The notes: a model not told the origin generated them from the sequence alone. Shown: positions 1 through 8,453, counted from the first letter of the stretch. The stretch is 23,761 bases of DNA from a virus (IMGVR_UViG_3300001598_000039:64001-87761); one strand, 5' to 3'. Program-made: numbers and translations.

Positions 1-163
1 GGCACAGGTCATAGTCATTTGGCCCAAGCTTGACTTCAACCGCATGCCCAGTATTTGGGTCGCACTTGCAAGCAGAGTCGTTGCGGGCCCAGCTGTTGAG
101 AGGATTGCGCATTCCACGGAGCGCGTCAAGCCATCCGTATGTGTGTACATGCTCTAAGTTCAT
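1..163 (-). CDS. 5' part of a ThyX-like (flavin-dependent thymidylate synthase-related) phage protein; runs off the window
   Basis: Manual translation from ATG 163: MNLEHVHTYGWLDALRGMRNPLNSWARNDS...LGPNDYDLC, open to the window edge. The GW..A.RGMRNP.NSW..DS motif matches my recollection of phage ThyX-like N-termini. A TACAAT box lies 6 nt upstream. Absent from the ORF track. Confidence 0.55.
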   Translation of the reverse strand, partial: MNLEHVHTYGWLDALRGMRNPLNSWARNDSACKCDPNTGHAVEVKLGPNDYDLC

Positions 164-169
164 ATGCTT

Positions 170-175
170 ATTGTA
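170..175 (-). promoter_or_regulatory. sigma70-type -10 box (TACAAT), probably leaderless
   Basis: TACAAT ends 6 nt before ATG 163; no Shine-Dalgarno in between. Confidence 0.55.
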
Positions 176-198
176 CGCAGCCGATCCTGGATGCTAAA

Positions 199-205
199 GT
201 AAATA
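199..205 (+). promoter_or_regulatory. T4-like late promoter box GTAAATA
   Basis: Recurs at 7 positions upstream of co-oriented genes; resembles T4 TATAAATA; 6 nt before ATG 212. Confidence 0.6.
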
Positions 206-211
206 GCCTAG

Positions 212-799
212 ATGACGAACGAAGCAAAGATTGATGGCAAGCAGGTCTGGTACCTAGGGAACAATCGCAAGAAGGACCTTCGGATTGTCCAGCCGTCATG
301 GAACCACCCATTCTTCCTGACAACGGACTTCACATACGCCGAGGGGTACTCCGACTATGGTGTATGGAAGGTCTTGCTGAATGACTCTATGAAGTCTAGT
401 ATCTTGGACTTCAGCAAGCCATCTGAGACAAAGAAGCTCAATTGGCCTAAAGTCCTCATCGACTAGATCAAGACTGGCAAGTCAGACTTGAATGCAATTG
501 GCTTCGACATGTACTGCATGGCGAACAGACATGGAGAGCTGTACTAGATCAAGAAGACTGCCGAATGGGAAGCCGCCTCCAAAGAGTTCGCCAAGAAAGC
601 GGCAAAGCCAATCAAAGGCGTCCCTTACTCGCACTGGCAGGACGACTCGGACAACGCGTTTGTCTTGGCGATGTGGCGAGACATTGCAGAGGCCGGCTTC
701 AAAGGCTTCACTCATATCGAGTACGGCCACCAAATCCTTGCGCTCTTCACAATCGACGCCATCTACAAGATCTCTGCGGAAAGGGTCAGCCATGCTTAA
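212..799 (+). CDS. ADP-ribosyltransferase-fold-like protein, 195 aa with two in-frame TAG read-throughs (464-466, 545-547)
   Basis: Frame stays open through both TAGs to TAA 797-799, overlapping the next ATG at 792. The read-through part (IAEAGFKGFTHIE...ILALFT) matches the downstream paralog (LHKLGYKGVITTE...AIGVFD), as does the N-terminal PSWNHPFFLTTD versus PSYEHPFYVTSD. Confidence 0.7.
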
Positions 800-1628
800 T
801 GAAGCTACTATCGACCCAACAAAGCTCTACTTCCATGGGTCAAGCGAAGCCCGTGTTGACTATCTCGACGCGCCAAGCTATGAACACCCATTCTATGTCA
901 CCTCTGACTTGCACTATGCGATGGCGTTCTGCACGAAGCAGATGAGCAGCACTGGCGAGTGGAAAGGCGTCAGCAAGACATTCACTCCTGCAGACAAGAA
1001 CTATGTCTACATCGTCACTATGGACAAGAGCGCCAAGCTCTTTGACTTCAGAGACAGGAAGAACAAGGAGTTCGCCGACTTGGCGAAGGTCATCCCGGTT
1101 TGGATCCTGAAGAAGGTGATTGGCAACATGATGGCGACGGACATCTATGACTTCTGTGTCGACCTGTACTTTGGCATCATCAAGCATGTCATCTTGACTG
1201 ATGACTATGAGGACTACAGCCGCTTCTACAAAGTGAATGCCATGCATGAGCTGAGCGGAACGCCAAAGCTTACGGAGAAGGAGTACGATGATGCCTACCA
1301 GTTCTGCCGCAAGCTTGGCTACAAAGAGGAGATGGACATCCATGAGGTAATGGCTCCTATCCTCAAAGGCCTACATAAGCTTGGCTACAAGGGTGTCATC
1401 ACTACGGAGATCGACAGCAATGACGAAGACGACACTCGCCATGATGTCCGCACCAAGTACGCGATTGGAGTCTTTGATGCTTCAGCAATGGACCGGCTAT
1501 GCTTGACTCCTATGAAGTACAAATGGCTGAAGAAGGTCAACCCAACGTACAAGCAAGGCCAGACTGTAGACTCAGCCGACGCCAAGATCCGCCGATACGT
1601 TGCGCTTTACCGCCAGATGGCAAAATGA
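792..1628 (+). CDS. ADP-ribosyltransferase-fold-like protein, 278 aa; paralog of 212..799
   Basis: Likely start MLNEA at 792. Motifs LYFHGS, FYVTSD..YA, LGYKGV and GVFD resemble H-Y-type/ART-PolyVal-like ART strands. Ends TGA. Confidence 0.65.
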   Translation: MLNEATIDPTKLYFHGSSEARVDYLDAPSYEHPFYVTSDLHYAMAFCTKQMSSTGEWKGVSKTFTPADKNYVYIVTMDKSAKLFDFRDRKNKEFADLAKVIPVWILKKVIGNMMATDIYDFCVDLYFGIIKHVILTDDYEDYSRFYKVNAMHELSGTPKLTEKEYDDAYQFCRKLGYKEEMDIHEVMAPILKGLHKLGYKGVITTEIDSNDEDDTRHDVRTKYAIGVFDASAMDRLCLTPMKYKWLKKVNPTYKQGQTVDSADAKIRRYVALYRQMAK

Positions 1629-1630
1629 AA

Positions 1631-1651
1631 GGCAGCCAGGTGATGGCTGCC
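1631..1651 (-). terminator. Intrinsic terminator hairpin between convergent genes
   Basis: GGCAGCCA-5 nt-TGGCTGCC perfect 8-bp stem, followed on the minus strand by TTTCATTTT. Confidence 0.7.
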
Positions 1652-1684
1652 CAAGAAAGATCCGACTGAATCTGGGTTATTTGT

Positions 1685-2140
1685 TTACTTGACCTCGATC
1701 TTGAGAGGAGCGGGGTCGCATTCGACTTCTGGGATGACCGGCAGGTCAATGCTCAGGACACCGTCTTCAGCTTTAGCGGTGATCTTGGCGGTGTCAATCT
1801 CTGGAGCAAGCGGAAGCTTGAACTCATAGGACTGGTGAGAGATGCCGCAGTACACGAGGTCTGCGTCCTTCACCTTGTTCTCCGAGCCAATTGAGACCGT
1901 AAGCTCGCCATTAAGGACGCGGACATCGACGTCTGCCTTCTTGAACGGAGTGTAGACCACCTCAAGGCCGTATCCAATGGTCTTGCCATTAGTGTCTTTC
2001 TTGGTGAGCAGGTTGTGCGGACGGCTGATGACAGGCTTAAGTCCGCGGTTCTTGAACTGAGTTGCTCCAGACAGTGGGTAGTTGATGAGTGCATCCATCT
2101 GGCTGAACATGTCGTCAAGATGATCGAACAGTGTGTTCAT
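1685..2140 (-). CDS. Small heat-shock protein (Hsp20/alpha-crystallin domain)
   Basis: 151 aa; GISHQSYEFKLPL..IDTAKITAKAEDGVLSIDLP alpha-crystallin signature; AAGGAAAG RBS-like leader; ends TAA. Confidence 0.9.
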   Translation of the reverse strand: MNTLFDHLDDMFSQMDALINYPLSGATQFKNRGLKPVISRPHNLLTKKDTNGKTIGYGLEVVYTPFKKADVDVRVLNGELTVSIGSENKVKDADLVYCGISHQSYEFKLPLAPEIDTAKITAKAEDGVLSIDLPVIPEVECDPAPLKIEVK

Positions 2141-2184
2141 AGTTTGTTTCTTTCCTTGTTAGTTGGTGTCAATCTAATCTTTCT

Positions 2185-2229
2185 TGCTTGCTAGCCGAAG
2201 CAGATTGTTCTTGAATCGACTAGCAAGCA
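2185..2229 (-). other. 14-bp RNA stem-loop in the Hsp20 leader
   Basis: Arms 2185-2198 and 2216-2229 pair fully on the minus-strand RNA with one G-U wobble (an A-C mismatch on the plus strand); 17-nt loop. Confidence 0.6.
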
Positions 2230-2230
2230 T

Positions 2231-2237
2231 TATTTAC
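2231..2237 (-). promoter_or_regulatory. Late promoter box GTAAATA upstream of Hsp20
   Basis: Exact motif between the gp32 stop and the Hsp20 leader. Confidence 0.55.
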
Positions 2238-2248
2238 TTCAGTCCAAG

Positions 2249-3298
2249 TCAGATGCCGTCAACGAGAGCGTCGATGTCAGCGTCCGATGCGTCTGAAGCT
2301 AGTGCAGCAACCGGTGCTGGAGCCGCGGGAGCGACGCTTTCGACCAAGTCTTCGGCGTCATCCTCAGGAATGTCGTCATTCGAGGCAGCAGGTGCAGGCG
2401 CAGGGTTAGCCATTGGCGTAGGCTTGACCGCATTCGTCTTTGCAACAGGTGCCGCCGCCTTTGGTGCTTCGTACACACCCATTGTATCATCCTCAGGGAT
2501 GTCGTCATTCGACACGCAGCAGTAGCGCTTGTAGAAGTCCTTCAGCTCTTCCGGAGTCGAGGTTGTGTAGTACTCTTCGTCGAAGCCCATTCCCTCCACC
2601 TTGGCAAGAGTGATGTCATCGATTGGGTGCGCGCTTTCAACCTTGGTGAATCCCCACTTGTCCCAAACGCGGGTCTTCCAATGGCGTTCATTTGGCTGTC
2701 CTTCATTGGCGACATTGTCAACTTCCGCCATGTGGACATAGAGGTCAACTCCCTTGTCACCATTCCACGCAGGAATGCCCTTACGGCGCAGATTGTCGAC
2801 TGTCGCTCTGAACGTTGCATAGAACTTCGGGTCATTGATCGTGATGACACGGAACTTGCCGTTGTTCCCGGCATATGTTGGGTCATTGATGACGTAGACA
2901 GGGATTGCGGCTTCCCAACGAGGAGCAAACTTGCGGTTCTTCTCACTTGAAGCCTTGTCTTTGTAGCCGGACTCCTTGTAGACACCAAAGTTCATTTTGG
3001 AGAACGCACAGATCGGACATGGTTCAGTATTGATGTCCTCGTTCTGGAGATACTTTGACTTAGGGCAGGTGACAAATGCAAGCTGCTTCCACTTGTTCGT
3101 CGTCGCATCTTTTTCCCAGACCTGGTGAGTGACGCGCTCAACCCATGGGTCTTTGCGGTTAGTTCCAACTCCGGTGCAGCCAATGAGGCGGAACTTGTAG
3201 TACTCTCCTGGTTCGGTTGGGCGAATGCCAAGCCAAAGTGGACGTTTCTTGGCAGAAACAGGAGCTCGTGATGGCAGTGCGTTGATCAACATGCACAT
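2249..3298 (-). CDS. gp32: T4 gp32-like single-stranded DNA-binding protein
   Basis: YKFRLI, CPKSKY...CPIC Zn motif, IPVYVINDP..NNGK, and an acidic, Ala/Pro-rich C-tail; adjacent to a gp59-like gene. Start taken at ATG 3298 (or 3292). Ends TGA. Confidence 0.85.
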   Translation of the reverse strand: MCMLINALPSRAPVSAKKRPLWLGIRPTEPGEYYKFRLIGCTGVGTNRKDPWVERVTHQVWEKDATTNKWKQLAFVTCPKSKYLQNEDINTEPCPICAFSKMNFGVYKESGYKDKASSEKNRKFAPRWEAAIPVYVINDPTYAGNNGKFRVITINDPKFYATFRATVDNLRRKGIPAWNGDKGVDLYVHMAEVDNVANEGQPNERHWKTRVWDKWGFTKVESAHPIDDITLAKVEGMGFDEEYYTTSTPEELKDFYKRYCCVSNDDIPEDDTMGVYEAPKAAAPVAKTNAVKPTPMANPAPAPAASNDDIPEDDAEDLVESVAPAAPAPVAALASDASDADIDALVDGI

Positions 3299-3345
3299 AT
3301 TGGTGTTCTTTCTTTGTGTGTTCTTGTTTGGTTTGTTGTAAGTCA

Positions 3346-3365
3346 CTGAAGCATTGCTGCCTCAG
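3346..3365 (-). promoter_or_regulatory. GNRA-tetraloop hairpin upstream of the gp32 leader
   Basis: CTGAGGCA-GCAA-TGCTTCAG (8 bp, one G-U), followed by about 47 nt of A/C-rich sequence up to the gp32 ATG. Confidence 0.5.
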
Positions 3366-3375
3366 CTAAGTAATA

Positions 3376-4044
3376 TCATACACGCCGTTCAAGCTCTTCG
3401 CCAATCTTTTTGTCAACCAAGCGGATTGGGTTTGGCATTATGTTCTTTGCCTTGAGATGAGCTTCATTGATGTCCGCGCTGTACTTGTCAAAGCGGGCGT
3501 ACAGGTCGGAGAGCTCCATGCGGGTGATTTGGTCAAGCTTCGGGATGATGTCTTTGAACTTAGGGATGGCGGCGAAGAAGTAGATGGAGATGCGCCCTGA
3601 CATGACGTTGCTCGCAAGTGTCTTCGTGCGGATCAGCATGCGGATGTAGTCCTTGACATTCACATACCCCTTGCAGATGCAGTCGCGGACGATGTTGTTG
3701 ACAGACTTGACGTAGTAGCCATAGATCTTGCGGTACTGTCGCTCGCTCTGCCGCCATTCAACATACTTTCCAACCGTGCTGGACGTCATTACACCGGTGA
3801 TGCCGATCTTTCCAAGGTTGAACAAGTAGAACTTGACCAGCGACTCTGCGTTGATGCGGTACTTCGTAAGGAGTTCCGCAATCCTGTCGCATGTCTGCTG
3901 GTTGTTCTTGTAGAAGTTTCGGTATGGGACGACTTGCGGAGTTGCGGCATATGAGTCGCCCCTTACGGCATAGAGGTAGTGCTTGTAGATGCGCGCAACT
4001 CCAAGGCCATCAATAGTAGTGCTATCGGCGAACGGGTCTCGCAT
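3376..4044 (-). CDS. T4 gp59-like helicase loader
   Basis: 222 aa; IDGLGVARIY and MSGRISIYFF resemble recalled gp59 segments; size and position next to gp32 match T4 order. Ends TGA. Confidence 0.6.
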   Translation of the reverse strand: MRDPFADSTTIDGLGVARIYKHYLYAVRGDSYAATPQVVPYRNFYKNNQQTCDRIAELLTKYRINAESLVKFYLFNLGKIGITGVMTSSTVGKYVEWRQSERQYRKIYGYYVKSVNNIVRDCICKGYVNVKDYIRMLIRTKTLASNVMSGRISIYFFAAIPKFKDIIPKLDQITRMELSDLYARFDKYSADINEAHLKAKNIMPNPIRLVDKKIGEELERRV

Positions 4045-4543
4045 AGCTCTTGTACCTAAGCTCCTTCTTCAGTTTCTTCAAGAATGGTCCTTTGAACACC
4101 GATGGGTAGCTCTTGTAGAGGAGCTTGAAGATGTCCATGATGGTCAAGCCGTAGTAAGACATTATACCGCAGATGAACTCCTTGTCGTTCAAGAAGGCAA
4201 CAATCTCCTTCTTGACAAGTGGGTCCGGCTTGTCCGGCGAGAGGTTAGGGAACTTGGCAATGATCTTGTTGATGATAGTGCTGTCATCAAGAGCATCCAG
4301 GATCTTGTCGCTGGTGTAGAAGAACGACGTCTCGACCGATGACTCGAACGAGCCTCCAACGTCTGGCTTCTGGCAGTCTGCTTCTTGGCAAGCCTGCTCT
4401 GGGTCTGTGTCAGCTGGAGTAGTGTCAGCCTTCTTCTTCAATGTGAACGCCTGCTTCTTCTTTGCTGGAGCAGCTTTCTTTGATGCGCTCCTAGAAGCCT
4501 TCTTTGCTGGAGCAGTCTTTGGTTTTGCCTTCTTAGTCTTCAT
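4010..4543 (-). CDS. Hypothetical protein with a Lys/Ala-rich (PAKK) N-terminus; possibly gp33-like by position
   Basis: Standard code ends at TAG 4022-4024; with TAG read-through it ends 4 codons later at TGA 4010-4012. Occupies the T4 gene-33 slot (33-59-32), but similarity is weak. Confidence 0.55.
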
Positions 4544-5967
4544 AGGTCTTCAACTGAGGAGTTGTTGAGCTCTTCGTTCAGGTTTGGCATGCTCGACATG
4601 AGTCGCCCGATCTCACTGTCATCATCGTCGGTTGGGATGTCTGAGTTGTCACTGAAAGTCACGTCTTCCAAGATCAGTGACTCCGGGTCAAGAGTGAAGT
4701 TTGCCAGCTTGCCAACCATGCCTCCTAAACGGTTCTTGAGGACACGCATGTTGATGATGCCATGCTCGCGGTCTTCTGGGCTCTGGTACATGGCGAACAA
4801 GCAGTCTGTCGTATGCACGATTCCACGCGACTCGCTGACGTTCTGCATGTCGATCTCCGCGTTGCCGATGCCTTCGCTGTTCGACTGGACCGCAGAGATG
4901 AATGGGCATTTAAACTGGTAGCTGAGCGCTCTGAGCTCTTCTGACACCGTCAAGCCGTCTTTGTACATCGAGTCGGACTTTGTGTTTGGAAGCACCAAGT
5001 TCAGATAGTCAACGATGACTGCATCAAAGTGGTGGCCAGCGTTCTGCAAGTTCTCCAAGTAGATCTGGATGTCTTTGGACTTGATGCTGCGTGGCGGGTA
5101 CTCCTTGACGTAGAGGTTGGCCTTTGGATGGTTTTCATAGAACGCCTTGATGCGCTCGATCGCAGTGTCAGCATTCTCTTTGAGGCGGTTGATGTTCTTC
5201 TTTGAGAGGTGGGCGTCAAAGCGCTGAGCATAGACGTCTTGGGACATCTCCAAGGATATGACCACCACCGAGAGGTCTTGCCGCATCAAGTTCACCGCCA
5301 GGTTCGACATGAAGACCGACTTGCCGAGGCCAGCTTGCGCCATGAACAGGCATAGCATCTTGCCGTCTTTCAGCAGGCCGCCGTTTGTGTACTGGTCAAG
5401 CGCTACCCATCCGGTCTTGACTTTCGCTTCTGGGTTGTTGATGAACTCCCAGTGCTTGGCCATAGCTGCAGGATCAAAGTAGTTCAAGCCGAGGTCTGTG
5501 TCGTTGAAGGTGATCTTCTGGACTCGGTCAAAGTTCTCCAAGCACTTGTCTACAACCGAGTCAAATGCCTCTGAGTCGCGAGTCAGGAGCTCGGCGTTGT
5601 CATAGAGAGACATCGCCAACGCGTTCTTCCGGATGAAGCCTTTGAGGTTGGTGTTCAAGACGTCATCTGGCATCTGGAGCTCAAGCCTACCAACATCAGC
5701 CAGCAGTTCTTGTGCTTCAGACGCCTTCATCGCGTCAGGGTTCTTCTCACTGTACTTCTTGACCAGCGCCTGTATGACTTGGCTGCTCGGAATGCTGCTG
5801 TACTTGTTGTAGTAGCGGATCACCAGGTTCAGCATGATGCCGATGCTCTGGTTCTTGAACCACCGCCTGTCATACGTGTTGGCGAGGATGTTCAGCCAGT
5901 TCTTGTCGACCAAGCTCTTCTTGAACAGAAGGCGCTCGATCGTGTCCGTTGAGAAGTCTAGTTCCAT
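4540..5967 (-). CDS. gp41: T4 gp41-like replicative DNA helicase (DnaB family)
   Basis: Walker A AQAGLGKS, SLEM, VDYLN, AVQSN, KNRLGG; start at ATG 5967; ATGA overlap with the next gene. Confidence 0.93.
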   Translation of the reverse strand: MELDFSTDTIERLLFKKSLVDKNWLNILANTYDRRWFKNQSIGIMLNLVIRYYNKYSSIPSSQVIQALVKKYSEKNPDAMKASEAQELLADVGRLELQMPDDVLNTNLKGFIRKNALAMSLYDNAELLTRDSEAFDSVVDKCLENFDRVQKITFNDTDLGLNYFDPAAMAKHWEFINNPEAKVKTGWVALDQYTNGGLLKDGKMLCLFMAQAGLGKSVFMSNLAVNLMRQDLSVVVISLEMSQDVYAQRFDAHLSKKNINRLKENADTAIERIKAFYENHPKANLYVKEYPPRSIKSKDIQIYLENLQNAGHHFDAVIVDYLNLVLPNTKSDSMYKDGLTVSEELRALSYQFKCPFISAVQSNSEGIGNAEIDMQNVSESRGIVHTTDCLFAMYQSPEDREHGIINMRVLKNRLGGMVGKLANFTLDPESLILEDVTFSDNSDIPTDDDDSEIGRLMSSMPNLNEELNNSSVEDL

Positions 5968-5978
5968 TGCTCTTTCAC

Positions 5979-6578
5979 TTAGTTCCAATCGCTGTAGCCA
6001 TTGTTGGCATACTGGTTTGGCGTATATGGTACGCCACTAGACTTCGGCTGGTCTGTTGCCTGGATGAACTGCTTCTGAGGCGCTGCCCGGTCTTTCTGAG
6101 CAGCCAAGTTCTGCAGTTGAGCATGCAGGCTTGCGTTCTCAAAGGTAAGCTCGGAGACGCGCTGGGTGTAGTCATCATTGGCGCTCTGGAGGATCTTCAG
6201 CTCTTCTTTGAGGCCAAACATCTCCTTCTTGCACTCTGCGAGGTCAGCAGCAAGCGTAGACTCGCAGTCCGGACTTGCTGAGATTGAAGTTGGCTGCTGA
6301 GTCCAGCTTGTCTTGAGAGAGTCAACTTCCTCGATGTATGCTGCAAGCTTGTCTTGGAGCTCGTTGTTGGTCGCAACTAAGGTGCTGTTCTCAGCCTCAA
6401 GGCGCTTGATCGTCTCTTCTAGGTCAAGGTCATGCATGCACTTGACTCCAACAAGTGGTGCGCTAGCCTTGTCTAGCACGACATCATCCGCAGATGCTGA
6501 CATTGGAGCGACAGGAGCGGCATCTTCCGATGCCGCCGGCGCAGTGTCGAACAGTTGGGCTTTGCTCTTCTTAGCCAT
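5979..6578 (-). CDS. Hypothetical coiled-coil protein
   Basis: 199 aa, heptad-like L/E/K-rich centre, tightly packed between uvsX and the helicase; ends TAA. Confidence 0.75.
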   Translation of the reverse strand: MAKKSKAQLFDTAPAASEDAAPVAPMSASADDVVLDKASAPLVGVKCMHDLDLEETIKRLEAENSTLVATNNELQDKLAAYIEEVDSLKTSWTQQPTSISASPDCESTLAADLAECKKEMFGLKEELKILQSANDDYTQRVSELTFENASLHAQLQNLAAQKDRAAPQKQFIQATDQPKSSGVPYTPNQYANNGYSDWN

Positions 6579-6580
6579 GC

Positions 6581-7732
6581 TCAGCCCTCCGTCCCATCAT
6601 CAATTGCAGACTCGATCTCGTCAAGCGCTCGGCTCGTCGAGTTTGAGTAAGACATCGTCTCAATGGACTTCTTGTTGAAGTCATCGATGAAGGTGTCCCA
6701 AATCTCACCATTCCGGACAAGCTCCTTGTAAGTGATGCGCTTGCCATCGTTGAATGTTGGGCACTCGTATCCTCCGCGCACTTCTTTGAGGTAGCCAAAC
6801 GTGACGGAGTCTTCAATGAGGCCATCGTACTTGGCGATGCCGGTGTTGAAGTCAATGAACATCGTAGCAGTGTAAGCTGGCTTGCAGATGCGGTTCTTGA
6901 CGACGAAGAACTTGATCTTGTTGCCCTTGAAGAAGCCAACATTGTCATCCTCTTTCTCCAGGCCGGTCATGAACTCAGTGTCAGCCGCCTTGATGAGCAG
7001 CTTCTCACACTGCAGGATCAAGTGCGAAGCGAACTGGATGCCAAGGCCGCCTGCCATGTTGTGGACCTTTGAGCTGAACATTGCGCCAGGGTCCTGGTAC
7101 TCATGGTTGATGATCAGCAACGTCGCATTCGACTGGACGACACGCATCATGAGGCCGCGCATCATGTTGTTCTTCAGCTTTGCGCCGAGGCCCATGTCCA
7201 TAGCGGTCTTGTCCTTGTTGACTGCATCGTTCACCAACTTGTCAGCTGCAAGAGCGCCATAAGAGTCAAGGATGCAGAGGACGCGGATGTCATCGTTGTT
7301 GTCCGGGTCAGCGAGGTACTCCTGACGGGCTTTGACCAGAGTGTCATATGTCTGCAGCATCTTGGTTGAGCACTGCTCGACAGAAGCAACTGGGATGTGG
7401 TTGACTTTGGACATGTCGACGCCGTGCTGCTTGAAGACGTTGACCAACGTTCCGCCTTCGGAGTCGAAGATGTAGACTACATCGACCTTGTCATTCTTGA
7501 GCGCCAAAGCCGCGGTGTTTGCTGCAATCAGTGACTTGCCTGAGCCAGACACACCAAAGAGAGTGCTGATTCGGCCAACAGGGAAGCCCTTGTGGATGTC
7601 GCCGGTAAGCACACGGTTCAAAGCATACGAGCCTGTGTCCAAGTAGTCATGGACTTCAGCATAAGTGGAGTCATCTAGAGTCTCAGCTCCAGTGCTCTTC
7701 CGGATTGTCTTTAGGGTGTCATTCAGTTTCAT
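6581..7732 (-). CDS. uvsX: UvsX/RecA-like recombinase
   Basis: Walker A GVSGSGKS, FDSEGG, LDSYGAL, INHEY, KNR; start MKLND at 7732 after an A-rich leader. Confidence 0.92.
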   Translation of the reverse strand: MKLNDTLKTIRKSTGAETLDDSTYAEVHDYLDTGSYALNRVLTGDIHKGFPVGRISTLFGVSGSGKSLIAANTAALALKNDKVDVVYIFDSEGGTLVNVFKQHGVDMSKVNHIPVASVEQCSTKMLQTYDTLVKARQEYLADPDNNDDIRVLCILDSYGALAADKLVNDAVNKDKTAMDMGLGAKLKNNMMRGLMMRVVQSNATLLIINHEYQDPGAMFSSKVHNMAGGLGIQFASHLILQCEKLLIKAADTEFMTGLEKEDDNVGFFKGNKIKFFVVKNRICKPAYTATMFIDFNTGIAKYDGLIEDSVTFGYLKEVRGGYECPTFNDGKRITYKELVRNGEIWDTFIDDFNKKSIETMSYSNSTSRALDEIESAIDDGTEG

Positions 7733-7757
7733 TGTTCTGTCTCTCTTTGTTAGGTGT

Positions 7758-8447
7758 TCATATTGTACTTGGCTCAATTTCTTCTGCCGCAAGGTCTGCT
7801 TCTTTGGCCATCGCCTGCTCCTGTGCAAGACGAGCAGCTTTGCGCTCATAGCAAGCGACAGTGTTCTTGTTCAGGTATTGGCTGACGACGCAGTAGTACA
7901 TGCCAAGCCTGACGACTTGGGACATGTCCTCATTGATCTTAGACTTGAGCGTAAGCTGGTTGGCGATGTCTTCGGTGATCCATGGGCAGCACTTGCGCTC
8001 GATCACCTTTGTCCAGACTTTGTTCCGGTGCTTCCGGTTGATTTGGCTGTCTTTGAGGTTTGGTATGAAGGAGCGGTGGAATGCGCGGATCCGGCGAGGG
8101 ATGCGGTCAAAGAGCATGTAGCGGCGGACAAAGTGGACATGCTCTCCTACCATGTCGACGTACTTGACGATGGGGTTTGCCTTGGTGAATGCCCACCCGT
8201 TGTAGGCAGTGAAGATCACTTTTGTGCCTTTGACTAGGCGGAACCCAAAGAACAGTGACCTGATGCGCTCTACTTCCTTCCATCCCGGCTTCAGCTTACG
8301 CAAGCAGATTGGACGTTCAGTGTAGTTGTAGCCGTTGTCCATGATGCCCACACAGTAGGTGTACTTCACAAACCTGCTCTTGTAGATGACTACATAGCGG
8401 GCGATTGGGTTTATGTCTAGGTACTGGAGGTTGTGACGTGTCGCCAT
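7758..8447 (-). CDS. Hypothetical basic protein
   Basis: About 229 aa, Arg/Lys-rich, no recognised motif; ATG 8447 lies 6 nt after a TAGAAT box (alternative ATG 8453). Ends TGA. Confidence 0.65.
   Translation of the reverse strand: MATRHNLQYLDINPIARYVVIYKSRFVKYTYCVGIMDNGYNYTERPICLRKLKPGWKEVERIRSLFFGFRLVKGTKVIFTAYNGWAFTKANPIVKYVDMVGEHVHFVRRYMLFDRIPRRIRAFHRSFIPNLKDSQINRKHRNKVWTKVIERKCCPWITEDIANQLTLKSKINEDMSQVVRLGMYYCVVSQYLNKNTVACYERKAARLAQEQAMAKEADLAAEEIEPSTI
7762..7767 (-). promoter_or_regulatory. Possible -10 box (TACAAT) for uvsX
   Basis: TACAAT 29 nt upstream of the uvsX ATG; it lies within the last codons of the upstream gene, so it could be incidental. Confidence 0.35.
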
Positions 8448-8453
8448 GAGCAT

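Noticed and set aside
492-791. 100-aa N-terminal extension of track ORF 492..1628
   Set aside because: It is an alternative frame over the TAG read-through part of 212..799. The paralog-matching start is ATG 792.
4050-4056. TTGTAC resembling the promoter motif
   Set aside because: Reads TACAAG on the minus strand, inside coding sequence, and lacks the conserved final T.
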